From Callorhinchus milii (taxonomy: Eukaryota): DNA of 64,000 nucleotides. Position 1 is the stretch's first letter. Each line of letters opens with the position of its first letter. The stretch lies in contig NW_024704743.1 of assembly GCF_018977255.1 (NCBI RefSeq), positions 60,204,001 to 60,268,000 of the forward strand. Direction: 5' to 3'. Below are positions 37,340 through 50,929 of the stretch, in pieces. The notes under the pieces are model-generated. The model worked only from the letters and a program-made list of their open reading frames with translations. It had not been told where the DNA came from and did no database searches. Made by a program: the position numbers and the translations under genes.

Positions 37340-38510
37340 ATAGGATAAGGTATGTTTTCTGGTAGGTTTTTGAGATAGACAAAGAGAGGATAAGGCAAAG
37401 GGATAGAAGCACAGAGTTCTAGAGATGAGGTGTGTCCTTATGCTTTACTTGCTTATGTTTGGATATTGGCTGTACAGAGCTTTCTGTGACAGGATAGCCA
37501 GCTGAGTGGCATACAGGAGATGCTAGATTTAATATAATTTGTGGAAGGCAAGCATGTTGGGCTGAATAATCTTTTCTTGTTCCATGCTTTCTTATGTTCT
37601 TATGATTCTTCACCAGCTTGCTAAAAGTATGGCATCTTATTTGTGAATCTCCACAGTTTCTATCAGCATGTGTTTGCTGTTGTCATGGTAAGCTTTCCTT
37701 TCAGGTTTTATAGGATGTGTCCAAGCAACTGGAAATGGTAAAGGAGAAAAATGTTCAGCAAATCAAACATCAAAGTCATTAGAATTATCTAAATAAGAGA
37801 AATGCTTTCTTAATGTGATTTGCTTTTATACACTTGAGGAATTTACATGGACAGTGCAGTATTGGAAACATGCACAAGCAATTATTTATCAAAACTAAAG
37901 TATGGGTTTGTATATATAAATACAGTTTCACAATTCAATTTCACACACTCAATGATTGAAGCCTAAATCTGAGCCACATTTTCACACTTTCACTTACTGA
38001 TATTTCAAAATGAATCATTGTAATTGGATTTTTACATTGTATATGCAGTTAGCTATTTCTATTCCTGACCACACTGGCGTATTTGTACAATAATAGCACA
38101 TACTACGTGTCTACATGTAGGTAGTAACTTCTACTCTCCATGGCTACACACTGTGGGCTTCACTCAGTTCTGTCCTTCTATAATGTTGTTGATGAGAATA
38201 TGATACCCATCCCCCGTCCTGATTTACTGCTCTCCACTGGTTCACTGCTAAGTCTTTCTACCCTTTCATAAATGTGGTTTTAAATTCCTAAACATATTTT
38301 TTTCAATGTATCCCCAAAATTGCAGCTTTTTCTTGTAACTCTTTTGAAAGAGATGAAAATAACTCACTTAATACAAGGAGCACAATTCATAATGTGTTGA
38401 TGTCTCAGGGCTCCAAAAAAGAAGATACGTTATCATGCATGATTTCTTTCCACCTTTGATTCAGTTTTTCTCAATATACTGTATTTGTTAGGTTTTTTAA
38501 TGGCCTAATG

Positions 38511-38714
38511 CAGTGATGGCCAATCTTTTTCGGCAGTTAACAAAAGATATTTTCTAAATTGAATAATTCTTGATTTATGCCATAAATTCCAACAAGAAAA
38601 CCTAGTAACACACTCCTAACTGAACATGGACTTACCTAGACTAGTGCGATTGTTTTGGGTGGGGTGGGCGGGTGCTTCTTGATGGCCATGCAGGCCACAA
38701 TTTGGCCAGCACTG
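38511..38714. mobile_element. hAT-type MITE (~200 bp)
   Basis: TIRs CAGTGATGGCCAATCT / CAGTGCTGGCCAAATT; TSD not preserved. Confidence 0.55.
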
Positions 38715-38864
38715 GACTTGTTTATCGAGGCATTACCAAGTATACACTAAGTTACACAGGTCAGAAGGTTAAAAACTCACATGGGATTTTCTCATTATAA
38801 GTTCACACTGCCAACCAAAGACAGTAAATTCACCAACCAGGGAGAATTGCCTCTCATCCAGTAC

Positions 38865-39180
38865 AATAATAATAATCCTTGCATTTCTTATAGCACCTTA
38901 TCATGTAATTGAGACATCTCAAAGCACTTCACAGGATATACTGTAAAGTCTATGTATTTTATGGATGATTTTATGGATGGCGGCAACCAATTAATGCACA
39001 GCAATATCCCACAAACAGCTGTGGAATTAATTTAATTTAGGGGATTGTTGGCCAGGACACCTGGAGAAACTCCCTCGTCTTTTCAAATAATGGGATCTTT
39101 GACCAAAGCCAGACTTTGGCTTAAAGTCTCAAACAGAAGGATCTGATAAGTTTGATACTGCACAGTGCATTTGTATCCAG
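38865..39180 (-). mobile_element. SINE, reverse orientation (L2-like tail plus Deu-like body)
   Basis: aataatccttgcatt tail; gttggccaggacacctggagaaactccc...aatgggatcttt. Confidence 0.65.
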
Positions 39181-40979
39181 ACATATGAGGCAGAATTGTG
39201 GAAGTCATTAAAACGTTGCTTAGCAGGTGGTTCTCTTCTCCAGGTTTTTTCCTCTCAGGGTTCGTATATTTGTGACTCGTAGGTGAGAGCAATTTATCTT
39301 GTAAATGTTAGGTCCTATATTGGTCTCTAGTTCATTTTAATTTAGTACTGTTTGGGGGGAAGAGGCTGCAATTCAGCTCTCCTAGGCCAAAAAACTACCT
39401 TTTATCAACAGTCCTGGAGGCTTCATGCCTAGCTGCCCAACCGCATATCAGCCTATGAGAGATGAAATTTGAGCCCTACTAGAAGGTAGTAGGAAAACAA
39501 TTTTAAACAAAAAAAAACCTGTAGCATGATGTAGGGACATTTGCAAAATAAAGTCGTTCTCGCCTCAGGGAGACAAAATGAGAGGAACAGATTACTTACC
39601 TAGAGAGTGGTTCTACCTGCTTGGGTTCTGGAGAGTACTTTTAGATAACTTAGGATAAGCCAAAAGAAATACCGCAGATTTTACCCCAACACCACACTTT
39701 GGCATGGCAGAGTTACAGTTTCAATCCAATCTAATTACTTTGGATTAACACTTGGTATTTAGTGTTAGCCAACATACATATTCTTGTTGGTCAGCCGGGT
39801 GTCTGACACATGTGGAAACCCATAACTTAAGCTTGGTGAAAGCATGTGTCAGACACCAGGCTGAACAATAAAAAATATTTAGCCAAAACTAACCAGGCTG
39901 AGTTCAATGAAATGTCCAACTATGCTAGGCTCTCCATGTATTTGAGAAAATTAAAGAAAATGGTACGCTTCAATGATACTTTGTGAGTTCTAAAGTGGGA
40001 TTAGTATGTTTGGCTGCGGGTAACTTTGTGATGGGGATTTGGGTGAAGCAATCTTTCAGCAATAAATAGTCTCTGTTTCCTGACTGTGGATATTTTGAGA
40101 GGTCACAGGAAGTGGAGGAGGCCCAGGTTAAGAGGCAGAAGTGGACTCTTAGACCAGAAGTATCAAACTCATTCGGCAGATAAGCATGAACTGGGTAGGC
40201 TGGTTTAAATTTCCACTAACAGCTGCATCAATTGTGCAGTTAACTTAACCAAGCATTCAATTTACAACAGTGTTTACTAATAAATAAATTAAATATTGCT
40301 GTGTAGTTCAAAATACAATTACCATTGATGAAACAACTTATTTAGAAGTTGAAGCCCAGGAATCTGACATCTCTTTGAATCCACAAGAGCAGTTGATTTC
40401 AGGTTTGATTACACGCTCTGAGTTTGGTTACTTCTGTTTCATTGCAGATTGGAAGGAAGACTTTGTAAATTTCATAACAGAGAACAATTCCTTACACAAG
40501 TACATGCTCCCAAACACGGATGCCACTCATGCTGTATTCTGGTGCATGTATGCGAAACATACATGGAGATATAGTATGGCAGGGAATGTGTTTTTTAGTT
40601 TTAGTTTTTTAATGCACTGTAGTTCTATGAACTCCATTTAAAAGTGAGCAGGTGCAATGTCCACTTTATAATCTTATAATCCTTGCATTTGATATAGTGA
40701 CTTATTACAACGTTGATCTCAAAGTGATTCACAGGATATAATGTAAAATGGTGCAACGGTGTATTTTGTGGGCAAATGCACCCATGGTAAAGAGAGAAGC
40801 AAACAAATCAAATTTTATTTTCTGTGCTTTAAAATCTTGCAATATTGAGCAAAGCAGTCTTTTCCGATCTAGCATTATTAAATTCTTTGAAACATCCTCC
40901 TGACGTGAAAGGCACTATATAAATGTAAATTGTATTGTAAGTGCCTGAAGAAATCAGCACAGGCCGGTTGGTTTCCACT

Positions 40980-42000
40980 GAATGAATGAAGAGTCCATCC
41001 AGAAGAAGAAATTAATTGATGAAAGTAGTGAATATTGAAAAGTGGATAAACTGCTTTCTTGTGGCTGTCTCACCCATAGGTGAAACCAATTCAATGTACG
41101 CATATGGTCATTCAGCTGTGTGATAGGTTGATTGTGCCTTTAAAGATACATGTTCAGGTATTCAAGTGATCAGTCATTCAACATCAGAAATATTAGGCTG
41201 TATAACCAATTTTCTTTTGATAATTTGGATATATCATGATGTGTAGAATAGACATATAAATTTATATATCTCTGCCTTCCGTGTGTAGAAACGTTTCAAA
41301 ACTGCACCACAGCTCAACCAGTAAACTTCTGAATGGTAAAGTAGTTCAGCATACCGACTGTCCAGTTCTTCCAGAAGCCTGATAAACTGACACAGTGCTT
41401 GAATCTCCAAGCACGGATGAAGTGTACTGTGTGAACGATGACATCCATCACAGATTCCAGCTTCGCTATTTTCCCAACAAAGATTTTTTTTGTTGGTGGA
41501 TAAATGCAGTGGCAAGACGTGGATGCCACTGGTGAGTTTTCAGTGTGTAGATCAACTTTCACTATGGTAACTGCTTCTTGCCAAGCATTGCTGGTGCTTG
41601 TTTTGCAGCCAAATATGCTAATCTGCTCCATATCAGATCAGTCCTATCTATTCACTCAACCAATTCCAAAAAGACATTTGCTCCAGTTGTGCTGTTCATT
41701 AGCAATTTCAAACAGCTGTTCTGTGATTCAGAAATCCTCATCACATCCTCCCAAAAATATAGCTAGTTGTGAGATAGCTTTCAAATTTGTATTTTGTCAA
41801 TAGTAAGTGAGTAAGCAACAAACTGCTGGGCTGTACCATTAGCTGTCCTGTAAATTTTCAGTAGGTCATCAATTCAAACAGGCACAGTGTTACGAGACGG
41901 TCTAAATCTTTTGTTTCTGGCAACACATCCTCTGCAACTTTAACCATACAGTTCTTAAACAAGCTCCTTAGAAAAACTCCTTACAAATGACTTTGATAAG
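40980..42000 (-). mobile_element. Second, older hAT (Buster-type) transposase remnant
   Basis: Minus-strand ORFs: VHTVHFIRA, QFIRLLEELDSRYAELLYHSEVYWLSCGAVLKRFY; heavily disrupted. Confidence 0.8.
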
Positions 42001-42009
42001 CACACTATC

Positions 42010-42500
42010 ATAATAATAATTCTTCCATTTGATATAGAGCCTTATCACATTGTCAAAACATCTCAAAGGGCTTCACAGGATTTATAATATGAGGGTCGTT
42101 TCTGTGTATTTGTAGACAAACACTGCAGTCAATTTGCACATAGCAATCTCCCACAAACAACCATGAAGTGAATGAACTAATTTTTATTTGGGGAATTGTT
42201 GGCCAGAACACTCGGACAAACTCCCTTCTCTTTTCGAATAGCGCAATGGGATCTTAAACATCCACCTGAACAGGCAGACAATGCCTTGGTTTTAATGCTC
42301 TTTCAAAGGACAGCATCTCCAATAATACAGCACACCACCAGCACTGCTCTGGAGTATCAGCTTCAACTGTATAAGTTCAAAGACACAACATGAGGCTTGA
42401 ACCCACAACTTTCTGACTCAGAGACTTCCTCCCGACGTGAAAGGCCCTATATAAATGCAAGCTCTGTTGTTGTTCAGCGGTATTGAGTCAGGCTGACACA
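42010..42500 (-). mobile_element. Deu-domain SINE with an L2 tail stub inserted near its head (42425-42473)
   Basis: Reverse tail, Deu region (tgggatcttaaacatccacctgaacaggcagac) and tRNA head. Confidence 0.75.
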
Positions 42501-43753
42501 GCCCTTAATTAGACATTGATTGGGTTGGCTGAGCAGCATTGGCCAATAAGCAAAGATGACAGGTAGCCCCGAGGAGCTCCTAACCAATCATAAACCGCTT
42601 TATAAAAGAATGCAGCTGCTGATTGGCCAGTATCTATCCTCGGGCCGTGCCCATTTTGTTCTATTCCAAATGGAGCTTATTCCAACATATGCTTCACAGA
42701 TTCTTGTGAGGGGCCTTTATTAGACAGAGGAAGAGATGATAATAACAATAATAATCCTTGCATTTGATATAGTGCCTTATCACGTCTTCGAGACGTCTTA
42801 AAGCGAGATGTGACTGAAGTTTGAATGCTTCGTGAAATCTGACATCCATGTGGGAAGGAAAAAGTTGAATTCTGTTGGTACCCAAACGATAAAGTGCATT
42901 ATAAATCAGTTGTAGTCAATTTTTATGACAGCTCATACCACCTCTGACTCAGAAACCTGAACAGACGCTTGCAGGATTAATTTCATACTGGTACTGTGAC
43001 TCATTGATATTACTTCCGATTAACTATGATTGATTAGCACAATAAAGTGCTTACAAAAGAGTTGGTCTCCTTGATAAACCCGATTTCCACCCATTAAGAT
43101 CTTCATGTATCTGTCAACATGGTCCGAAGATTAACTTAGGATCCAATAAGAAAACGGCAAGGAATATTACTACGGCATTTAGTCTGTGTGTTGTGTGTGT
43201 GTGTGGGACTGTTGAGACTCAGTACTCCTTTCAACCTTTTTTTTCATCCCACTCCTGATGAAAGATACTTTCATTTACATTGTTGTAGCAACAATATCCA
43301 CAGAAACATGAGTTCAAAATTCACCTCTCTCTCCACAAGCAGGAGCAAGTTCCAAAGTTCTGCATCTCTTCCCACGCACCAGAGCCAAATGGCAACTGTT
43401 TGCAATTGCTTAAGCGAACATTTCATTCCTCACCGGTCATTGTTGCAGTTTGGCCCCGGCTATTCACTGTGTTATGCCACCTATTGCTATATCATCTATG
43501 GGTCCCAAACTATCATTATATAACAACTGCAGAAGCACCTTTGAAATTACATAGGGGAAAATATCAAGGTTACAGAGGGCAAATTGTCCAAGTACACACA
43601 ACTGTGCCAGTCATTCATTTTGCAAGTTTGTACAAGTGCAGACAACAGGAAAGGTTGAATTTTAACAAAATGGTTACTTGCAGCAAAAATCTGCAATGTC
43701 CAACAAAAATGTGTCGTTTTAGCTTTAAAAGTTAATATATAATAAATTATATC

Positions 43754-44055
43754 TAATAATCCTTGCATTTGATTTAGTACTTTCATATCTAGACGTTTCA
43801 ATGCGCTTCACAGAATATACTGTAATGTGAAATGACTATATTTGTGGGCAAAACGTGGCTGCCAATTGTGCACAGCAGTGTCCCACAAACAGTTGTGGAT
43901 TGAAGTGACCAATTTTATTGTTGTTTTTTTCCTTGAGGGATTATTATCAGGCGTGTGGAGTAAGGAAACTTGCCCAAGGTTTCACGCTGCCGGGAACTGA
44001 ACCCAAATCGCTCGCTTGCGACGCGAGTGCTCTAACTGCTGAGTTACAGGACTCC
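43754..44055 (-). mobile_element. Full-length CORE-type SINE, short subfamily
   Basis: Same structure as 25300-25616. Confidence 0.85.
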
Positions 44056-44423
44056 TCCACTTCAGTTTCTAGAAAAAAGACAACTGAAGAATATTCAAAT
44101 TTTCTGTCCAATCTAATTAGCTAAAAATAAATTTAGTGTCCAATTATTTTCTAATCTCTCCCCACTGGAATAGGCCTCTGCCCCTGCAGAGCAGTTTCTG
44201 TACCACAGTTAATCATGTTAAGCCTCAGAAGGGACAATATGTATTAAGACAAAACTGTTGTGAAAAATGCTGTAAACTGCCAAACAGCAACCTGTCAAAA
44301 CAACTAGATAATCAAATCATTGTGGTTTACTATCATATTTCCCAAGGCAGCAGAACAAGAACAGTTTTAGAGTTGTCAAAGACAATTTCAGGATAGTTTG
44401 TTTGTATGTTTGTAGGTGGGTAG

Positions 44424-44608
44424 GTATGTATGTATGTATGTATGTATGTATGTATGTATGTATGTATGTATGTATGTATGTATGTATGTATGTATGTATG
44501 TATGTATGTATGTATGTATGTATGTATGTATGTATGTATGTATGTATGTATGTATGTATGTATGTATGTATGTATGTATGTATGTATGTATGTATGTATG
44601 TATGTATG
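44424..44608. repeat. Perfect (GTAT)n microsatellite, about 46 units
   Basis: Directly visible. Confidence 0.99.
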
Positions 44609-44794
44609 CATTCAGAAGGTAATTTACAAGTGAAAGAGGTTACCAGAAATATTCAATCAAGCCAAAACAATGGACCCTTTTAAAAGCAGTTTGATGCTGT
44701 GAAGGGAAAATAGTTTGGTATGCTGTAAAGATGAGATCAAATGGTTTCTTTATTCTTCATCTCTGTTATGTATGATCTTGTGAAAAGAATAAAT

Positions 44795-45690
44795 TTGTTT
44801 GTTTGTGAACCAGGTGTCTAACACAAGCTGAAACTCATCATCATGCTTAAGAATATCCAGACCAGACTGAGATTTCCATGTATGTATGCCACCTCTACAT
44901 GGAAATTTCCTGCTGGAGTGCATATTCTGCCCCTAGGGATGGGACTCTTTCCTTGCTTACCTAATTCTGGATGCATAATGTATGAATACATGTTCACAAA
45001 CTCAGACTCCAGATAATACCTTCCAGCAGCTGTTGCCCCAAGTCTCAGATTTCTCATCAGCTATCTGACAGATATCTGCCTTCAGTGTGGTGGGTGGACC
45101 CTTACAGGACAGCTTGTGCCAGCCACCTTGATGTTCTCGAGGTAGGTCTAAGTCTAATGCTTGTAACGGGCTTACTCAGCACTAGCTGTTCAATCCAACT
45201 CATGTGAGTGGCCTAGGCAAATAGACATAATAATAATAATACTTGATTTGATATAGCACCTTATCGTGTCATTGAGACGTCTCAAAACACTTCACAGAAA
45301 CAGCCAATTGCACACAGAAGTGCCCCACAAACAGTTGTGCATTTAGTGACCAAATTATTATTTATTCAGAGGGATTATTACCCCCGGAAAAGCGATCCGA
45401 CAATCGACTTAACAAACAGGTCCTCACTTACTGCTGGGTAAACAGAGGCATGTGTGTGGAGTAAGGAAACTTGCCTAAGGTATTGTCCTGATCTCCCAGG
45501 TCCTCTCGCTTGCAAAGCGAGATGGAGCCTCTATATACTGGAGTTCGCAGTGAGAGCACATAGGAACTGGCTGGTGTACAGCCCTTTCTATGGCCAACCC
45601 TTTCCAAAGCCCTCTGTTGGACCGTGATTGGACTCGCACTCTTTGTAAGACATTCTCCTGCATGAAGGCTGCTATGTAAGTGCAAATTGC
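44795..45690 (-). mobile_element. Unclassified repeat terminus (copy D) joined to a different, possibly LINE-derived body; interrupted by a SINE
   Basis: 44795-44970 matches the A-tailed end of copies A, C and E, then diverges from them. Confidence 0.55.
45227..45521 (-). mobile_element. CORE-type SINE, long subfamily
   Basis: Reverse (TTA)n tail, CORE-like segment and partial tRNA head. Confidence 0.85.
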
Positions 45691-47809
45691 TGTTGTATGC
45701 AGGTACTCTTCAACATTAGCAAAGCTGATTAACAACAAATTGCTAGGGACTTAAGTCGCGCTGAGAGAGGGAGTAAGTTATCACAGTGAGCTGAGTTCAG
45801 TTCCCATAATAAAAATCTCTGATGTGGCACAATGCCAGACTCGGGTGGTAGGGAGGGGAAGCAATGATTCAATTACAGATTCTGTTAAATACTTCCTGTA
45901 GCAATGAGAAATGTGGAGTGGATGTGGCAGGATGTAATGTTTAAAGTAATGCCACAAGTGCCCATGAGAACAACAAGTTGCAAAAAGTGCCTTTTGCCAG
46001 TTATCAGATGGTAGAATTATCACTCAGCCTTTAGCCAAATCAGTGTAATGTGATAACGTAACAATAAGAGGACTTCAAACACTACATCACTGAAAAAAGC
46101 TTGTTGACATACCAATGTTTCATAAAAAAATCTAAAATGTATTACTTTACAGTAGATATTGACCTTCAGAAATCTAATTGCTTTCCACTGATATCCATCA
46201 TTTCCTGTGATGGTTAAGCTCAGTTGAACTTAATGTGTTCTTTAACTAACTTTCTTCTGTAAGTGGAAGATCTGCAGTACTTTGCTTTACACATTATTGT
46301 AAAGGGATCCAATCTTTGTGGAATACTTTTTGGTAAACCTTTCTTTGTTTCATCCACAATGTGATGTAACGCATGAAAACCTCATTATTACTTGTCACCA
46401 TCTCACTGGGGTCTTTTGTTAACCCTTTGTTAGTGAATGATAAGTAACTGTTTGTTCCCTACTTAAAATGGGAAAAAAAGCGTGAATCTTCTATCTTGTC
46501 TACCTCTCAAAAAATTTGGTTTGTCAAATAATTTTAAGAAATTCTCTTTTCATTCATACCAACCCCTTGCCCCCTCTCTTTGTAATGTGTGAATTGACAC
46601 ATCATTAAGCATTCATTTAACATCTAATGATGAAAAAGACATTGACTAGTTTGTAGGGTGATTTTGGTGCAATGGTTTGGTCTGAAGCCTGTTTATAGAC
46701 TACAACATTAATGGATTGCCAGTTAGTGGTAAATTGGCTTAATTTAAAGAAAATTCAAAGTTACACCAGCTGATATCCCCTAACTGGCAGTCCAATGCTG
46801 TGATCCATAAATCAACAGTTTAGTGGGTGGCTCTGAACTCAAACATTGTGACAGAGTTGGGAAGGATGGAAACCTGCAGGCTAGTCAATCTTTTTAGCTT
46901 TTGATGGTATCATTTTTAATGATATATTGATTTTCGCATCATAGGTATTCATTTTCATTTCAATATTTAAAATGAACAACACTCGTTCAGGAGTGTAAAC
47001 ACTTTTGGGAATCAATCAATGGTCATAATCTGCTTGAGAGTCAGTTTGTAATTAATTTCATCATTTGTATCTCTCAGTTAAATTGGTGTTTGTAACATTC
47101 CCGGGTCTCTAATTAATCAACTGTAGTGATTATTCATAAAAGGGATAATGCTTTTGATTGTTACACAATCCTATAAGTTATATAATCCTATAATAATAAT
47201 ATCATCTATAGTACAGATGAATGATATATGTCCATCATATATCTGCATTGATCAATCATTTGAATTCTTATTTACATGAATAAACTGCACTGCTTGCATT
47301 TTTAAAAATGAGACATATCTTCAAGGTAGGCTTCTGGTGTGTAAGGGAGTAAATATTGTTCTATATAATGTTGTTATGTAATTTATTATTTATTCATACC
47401 CTATCACCACCCTATCTTTCTGATCTCCTCTTATCCCATTCATCTGCTTGCTCCTCCACTTGGCTAACTAAGGCTTGTTGATTGTGCCCTGCCAACAATC
47501 AATGGCCAAACTTTCAGATTCTATGCCCCTAATCTCTGAAACTCTCTCCCTCGAGTCCTTTATCTTACCATCTCTATATCTATCTTCAAATCGTGCCTTA
47601 AAACCTCCCCCTCTCCCCCTCTCTCCTGCTCAGTATCCGAACCAGTCACTGTAAAGTGTTCTGAGATATTATCGTAGATGAGGGAGATGTCAAATAATGA
47701 TGATCCTTACATTTGATACAGTGCTTTTCACATCAGAAGGATGTCTCAAAAACATCTCACAGTGTAACTGCAGTGACTTTTGATTTTGTAGGAACACAGC
47801 AACCAATTT

Positions 47810-48670
47810 ACAATTTTCTACAGCTGAATGTCAACAAGACTGAGGCCCTCCTGATTGACTTGCGTCAGCACCTCAGGCACTGGCAGCATCAGCATCCACA
47901 GTTGCCCATTCCACTCACCAAGCCAGTCAGGAACCTTGTTCGACCCTCAACTGTCCTTTCTCCCCCATATTCATGCCATGACCCGCTCTGCCTCCCCCCA
48001 CCTCTGCACCATTGCCCAACTCTGCCACTGCCTCACCGCTCAGGCCCCGAAACCCTCATACACACATTCTTCATCTTAAGGATCAACTACAGAAACTCCC
48101 TCTTGTCGGCCTCCCCAACTCGTCCCTCCATAAGCTGCAGAAGAGGACACAAACTCTGCAGCTCGTGTCCTCTCCTGCACCGGGCTCCATGACCCCATCA
48201 CCCCCACCCTCACCCACCTCTACTGGCTCCCCATCCCTCAGAGGATAGAATTCCAAATTCCTGTCCTCATTTTCAAGGCCCTCCATGGCCTTGCCCCTGT
48301 CTACATCTCTAACCTGCTGACCCCCTATCAACCTGTCCACTCCCTCCTGTGGCTGTGGCCTGCTCCAGGTTTACCATCTGACCTGCCCTACTATCACCGG
48401 CTGAGCTTTCAGCCTCTCTGCTCCCACCTTTTAGAACTCCATCCCATAATCCCTTCGCCTTGCTCCCTCTCTTGCCTCCTTCAAGGCTCGACTCAAGACC
48501 CTTCTTTTCAGCCACCCTCCTACCTCCTCTGCCCTCCCTCATCTCAACCCTGCCCCCCCCCCCCCCCCACACACACACTCTTGGGTCCTGATTCCTGACT
48601 GTTCCAGGCCTTGGGACATCCTCTCGAATTGAAAGGCGCTTTACAAATGTAATTTTGATGTTGATGTTGC
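47810..48670 (+). mobile_element. L2 LINE 3' fragment (an older L2 tail lies just upstream at ~47390-47700)
   Basis: NFLQLNVNKTEALLI; gggacatcctc...gaaaggcgct tail. Confidence 0.88.
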
Positions 48671-49112
48671 TACCAACTGAGACAGGCTGCCACATATACA
48701 GTAAATGCAAGTTGTCACAGTTATCATTTTGGGGCATTGTGTGTGTTCGGTTAGTGACCAACCTTACTGCATTTACAGTCATAGCATTTCATTCTATTTC
48801 CCTTTTTACTCACAATCTTCTATCTCTTGTATTGTACAAATTACAGTCAATCATCAATTCAAACACTTTATTTTTCATCTCCATTTGTCTCTTCTAAAGC
48901 AGCAGAATGATTTTGGTTAATGGGTAACTGTGCAGTATGGTACTTTTCTGGAAAGGAGCGCCCTTTGCTTTAGGGCTTTGGTTTGTGGACATGTTTACAA
49001 CTCCAGGTGATCTTTTGATTGCATGCTCACTTTGCCAGGCTTTTCAAACTTAGGAAGACCCTGCTGAAAGAATTGCGGCCCGAAATGCAAAATAGTCTCT
49101 AATTAGAGATCT

Positions 49113-49465
49113 GGAGTGCTGTAGCTCAGTGGTTAGAGCATGCACCTTACAAACGATAGGACCTGGGTTCGATTCCTAGGCAGGGCAAAACGTTGGGCAA
49201 GTTTCCTTACTCCACACACCTCTGTTCACCTAGCAGTAAGTAGGAACCCAGTTGTTACTCGGTTGGAAGATCGCTTTTCTGGGGGTAATGATCCCTTCAA
49301 AAAAATAACAACTTGGTCATTCAATCCATGACTGTTTGTGGGACACTGCTGTGCACAATTGGCTGCCCTGTTTCACCCAAAAAGTATACTTCAATTCACT
49401 TTAGAATATATTCTGTGAAGCACTTTGAGATAACTCGAAGATGTGATAAGGCGCCATATCAAATG
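49113..49465 (+). mobile_element. Full-length CORE-type SINE, long subfamily
   Basis: GGAGTGCTGTAGCTCAGTGGTTAGAGC...GGTTCGATTCC head, CORE-like segment and tail. Confidence 0.9.
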
Positions 49466-49599
49466 AAACAAAATGATCCTCCAGGCTAAGACCAGGTGGG
49501 ATTATGGTTGTCATTTCACTCACTATAGTGAAGATCTGGGTTGAACTCGATGTCTGGTGTTTAAATCATTGAGTTCATAGTACACATTTGCTTTGTATC

Positions 49600-50392
49600 A
49601 TCATCATCAACAACAACAAAATTTGTATAGTGCCTTTCACATTGGGAGGATGTCACAAGGTGCTGTACAATCAGTGCTTCGGACCTGAGATGGGGGTCGG
49701 GTTGGGGAGGTTGGGGGCAGGGGAGGAAGCATTGTGACCAATAGCACGGTCGAAGAGGAAGGTCTTGAGTTGGGTCTTGAAGCAGGCAAGGGAGGGGTGA
49801 GGCGGAGGAACAGCGGGATGGAGTTCCAGAGGGTGGGGGCAGATTGGCTGATGGAGCAGGTCATGACACTGAGGTGGAATATGAAGAACAGTTGAGGGTC
49901 GAACAGGACCCTGAGGTTCTGTATTGGCTCCGTGAAATGTAGAGTACATCCACGGAGGGAGATACTGACAGGAGCCAAGCAGGAGGGCCTCTGTCTTGTT
50001 GACATTAAACTGCAGCAAGCTAGCTCTCATCCAGGACTTGATGTCCGACAGCCAGTCTGTGAGGGCAGCAGTGATCCTGGAATCGAGCATGGAGGCAGAG
50101 AGATAGAGTTGGGTGTCATCCGGATGTGGAAGTTGACCCCATGTCTGCGGATGATGAGGGATGACGAGGGAGCATATAGATATTGAAAAGGAGAGGACCA
50201 AGACAGAGCTCTGAGGAACAAACATGATGGTGTGGAGGCTGGAAGAGAAGCTGTTAGCGGCAACCAAGTGGAGACAATGGGTGAGGTAGGATTCGAACCA
50301 GACAAGGGCAGGTCCGCGAAGATTGAGCTGAGAGAGGAAGTGTAGGAGGATAGAATGGTTGACAGTGTCAAAGGCAGCAGAGAGGTCAACCA
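49600..50392 (-). mobile_element. L2 LINE fragment with internal deletion
   Basis: [17 protein letters not shown] and DDTQLYLS; jumps directly to the 3' end near 49855. Confidence 0.9.
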
Positions 50393-50929
50393 TAACAAGT
50401 TGCATTTATATAGTGCCCCTCACACAGGGTAGCATCCCAGAGCCCCAGATCATCACTAAAGTGTAATCAACATCCGTTTGTTATTATTCTCTCCCAATGT
50501 TAAATGTTATTGTTAGTTTAATTTCTCTTATGTTGGATTTTGGACGTGTCACTTCTGTGCAGCTGCTGATTACTTTTTTCTAATTAATTTAATTTATTTC
50601 AACTGTGTTCTGTCCCACAGACACTTTAATATTCACTTGATTTATGGGCTTGTACTTTTCTTTGGTCTGCTTCATCATTGTGAAGATGTCAGTTCTTTTT
50701 GTTTGAATTCTTTGATCTCTGTAAAATAAATAATTTTGATTCCATTTTATCATTGCTTGTATCCCTTTCCTAACGTGTCCCCAGAATGAGGCCATCTAGA
50801 ATGTATCATTTGGGATTATGATGTTTTACCAGAGGTTTCAGGTATTGCCAGCCAGAGAATTGCAGAAAAAGGCTATAAAGTTTCGAACACTTGAATAAAT
50901 CTACTTGGTTATCCCTCCTGACAGATTGT

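Noticed and set aside
44333..44683. MYVC/HTYI ORFs
   Set aside because: Translations of the (GTAT)n microsatellite.
49113..49185. tRNA-Ala-like genes (also near 7647, 25545, 36958, 43985)
   Set aside because: These are SINE heads continuous with CORE-like and tail sequence, and they are diverged.
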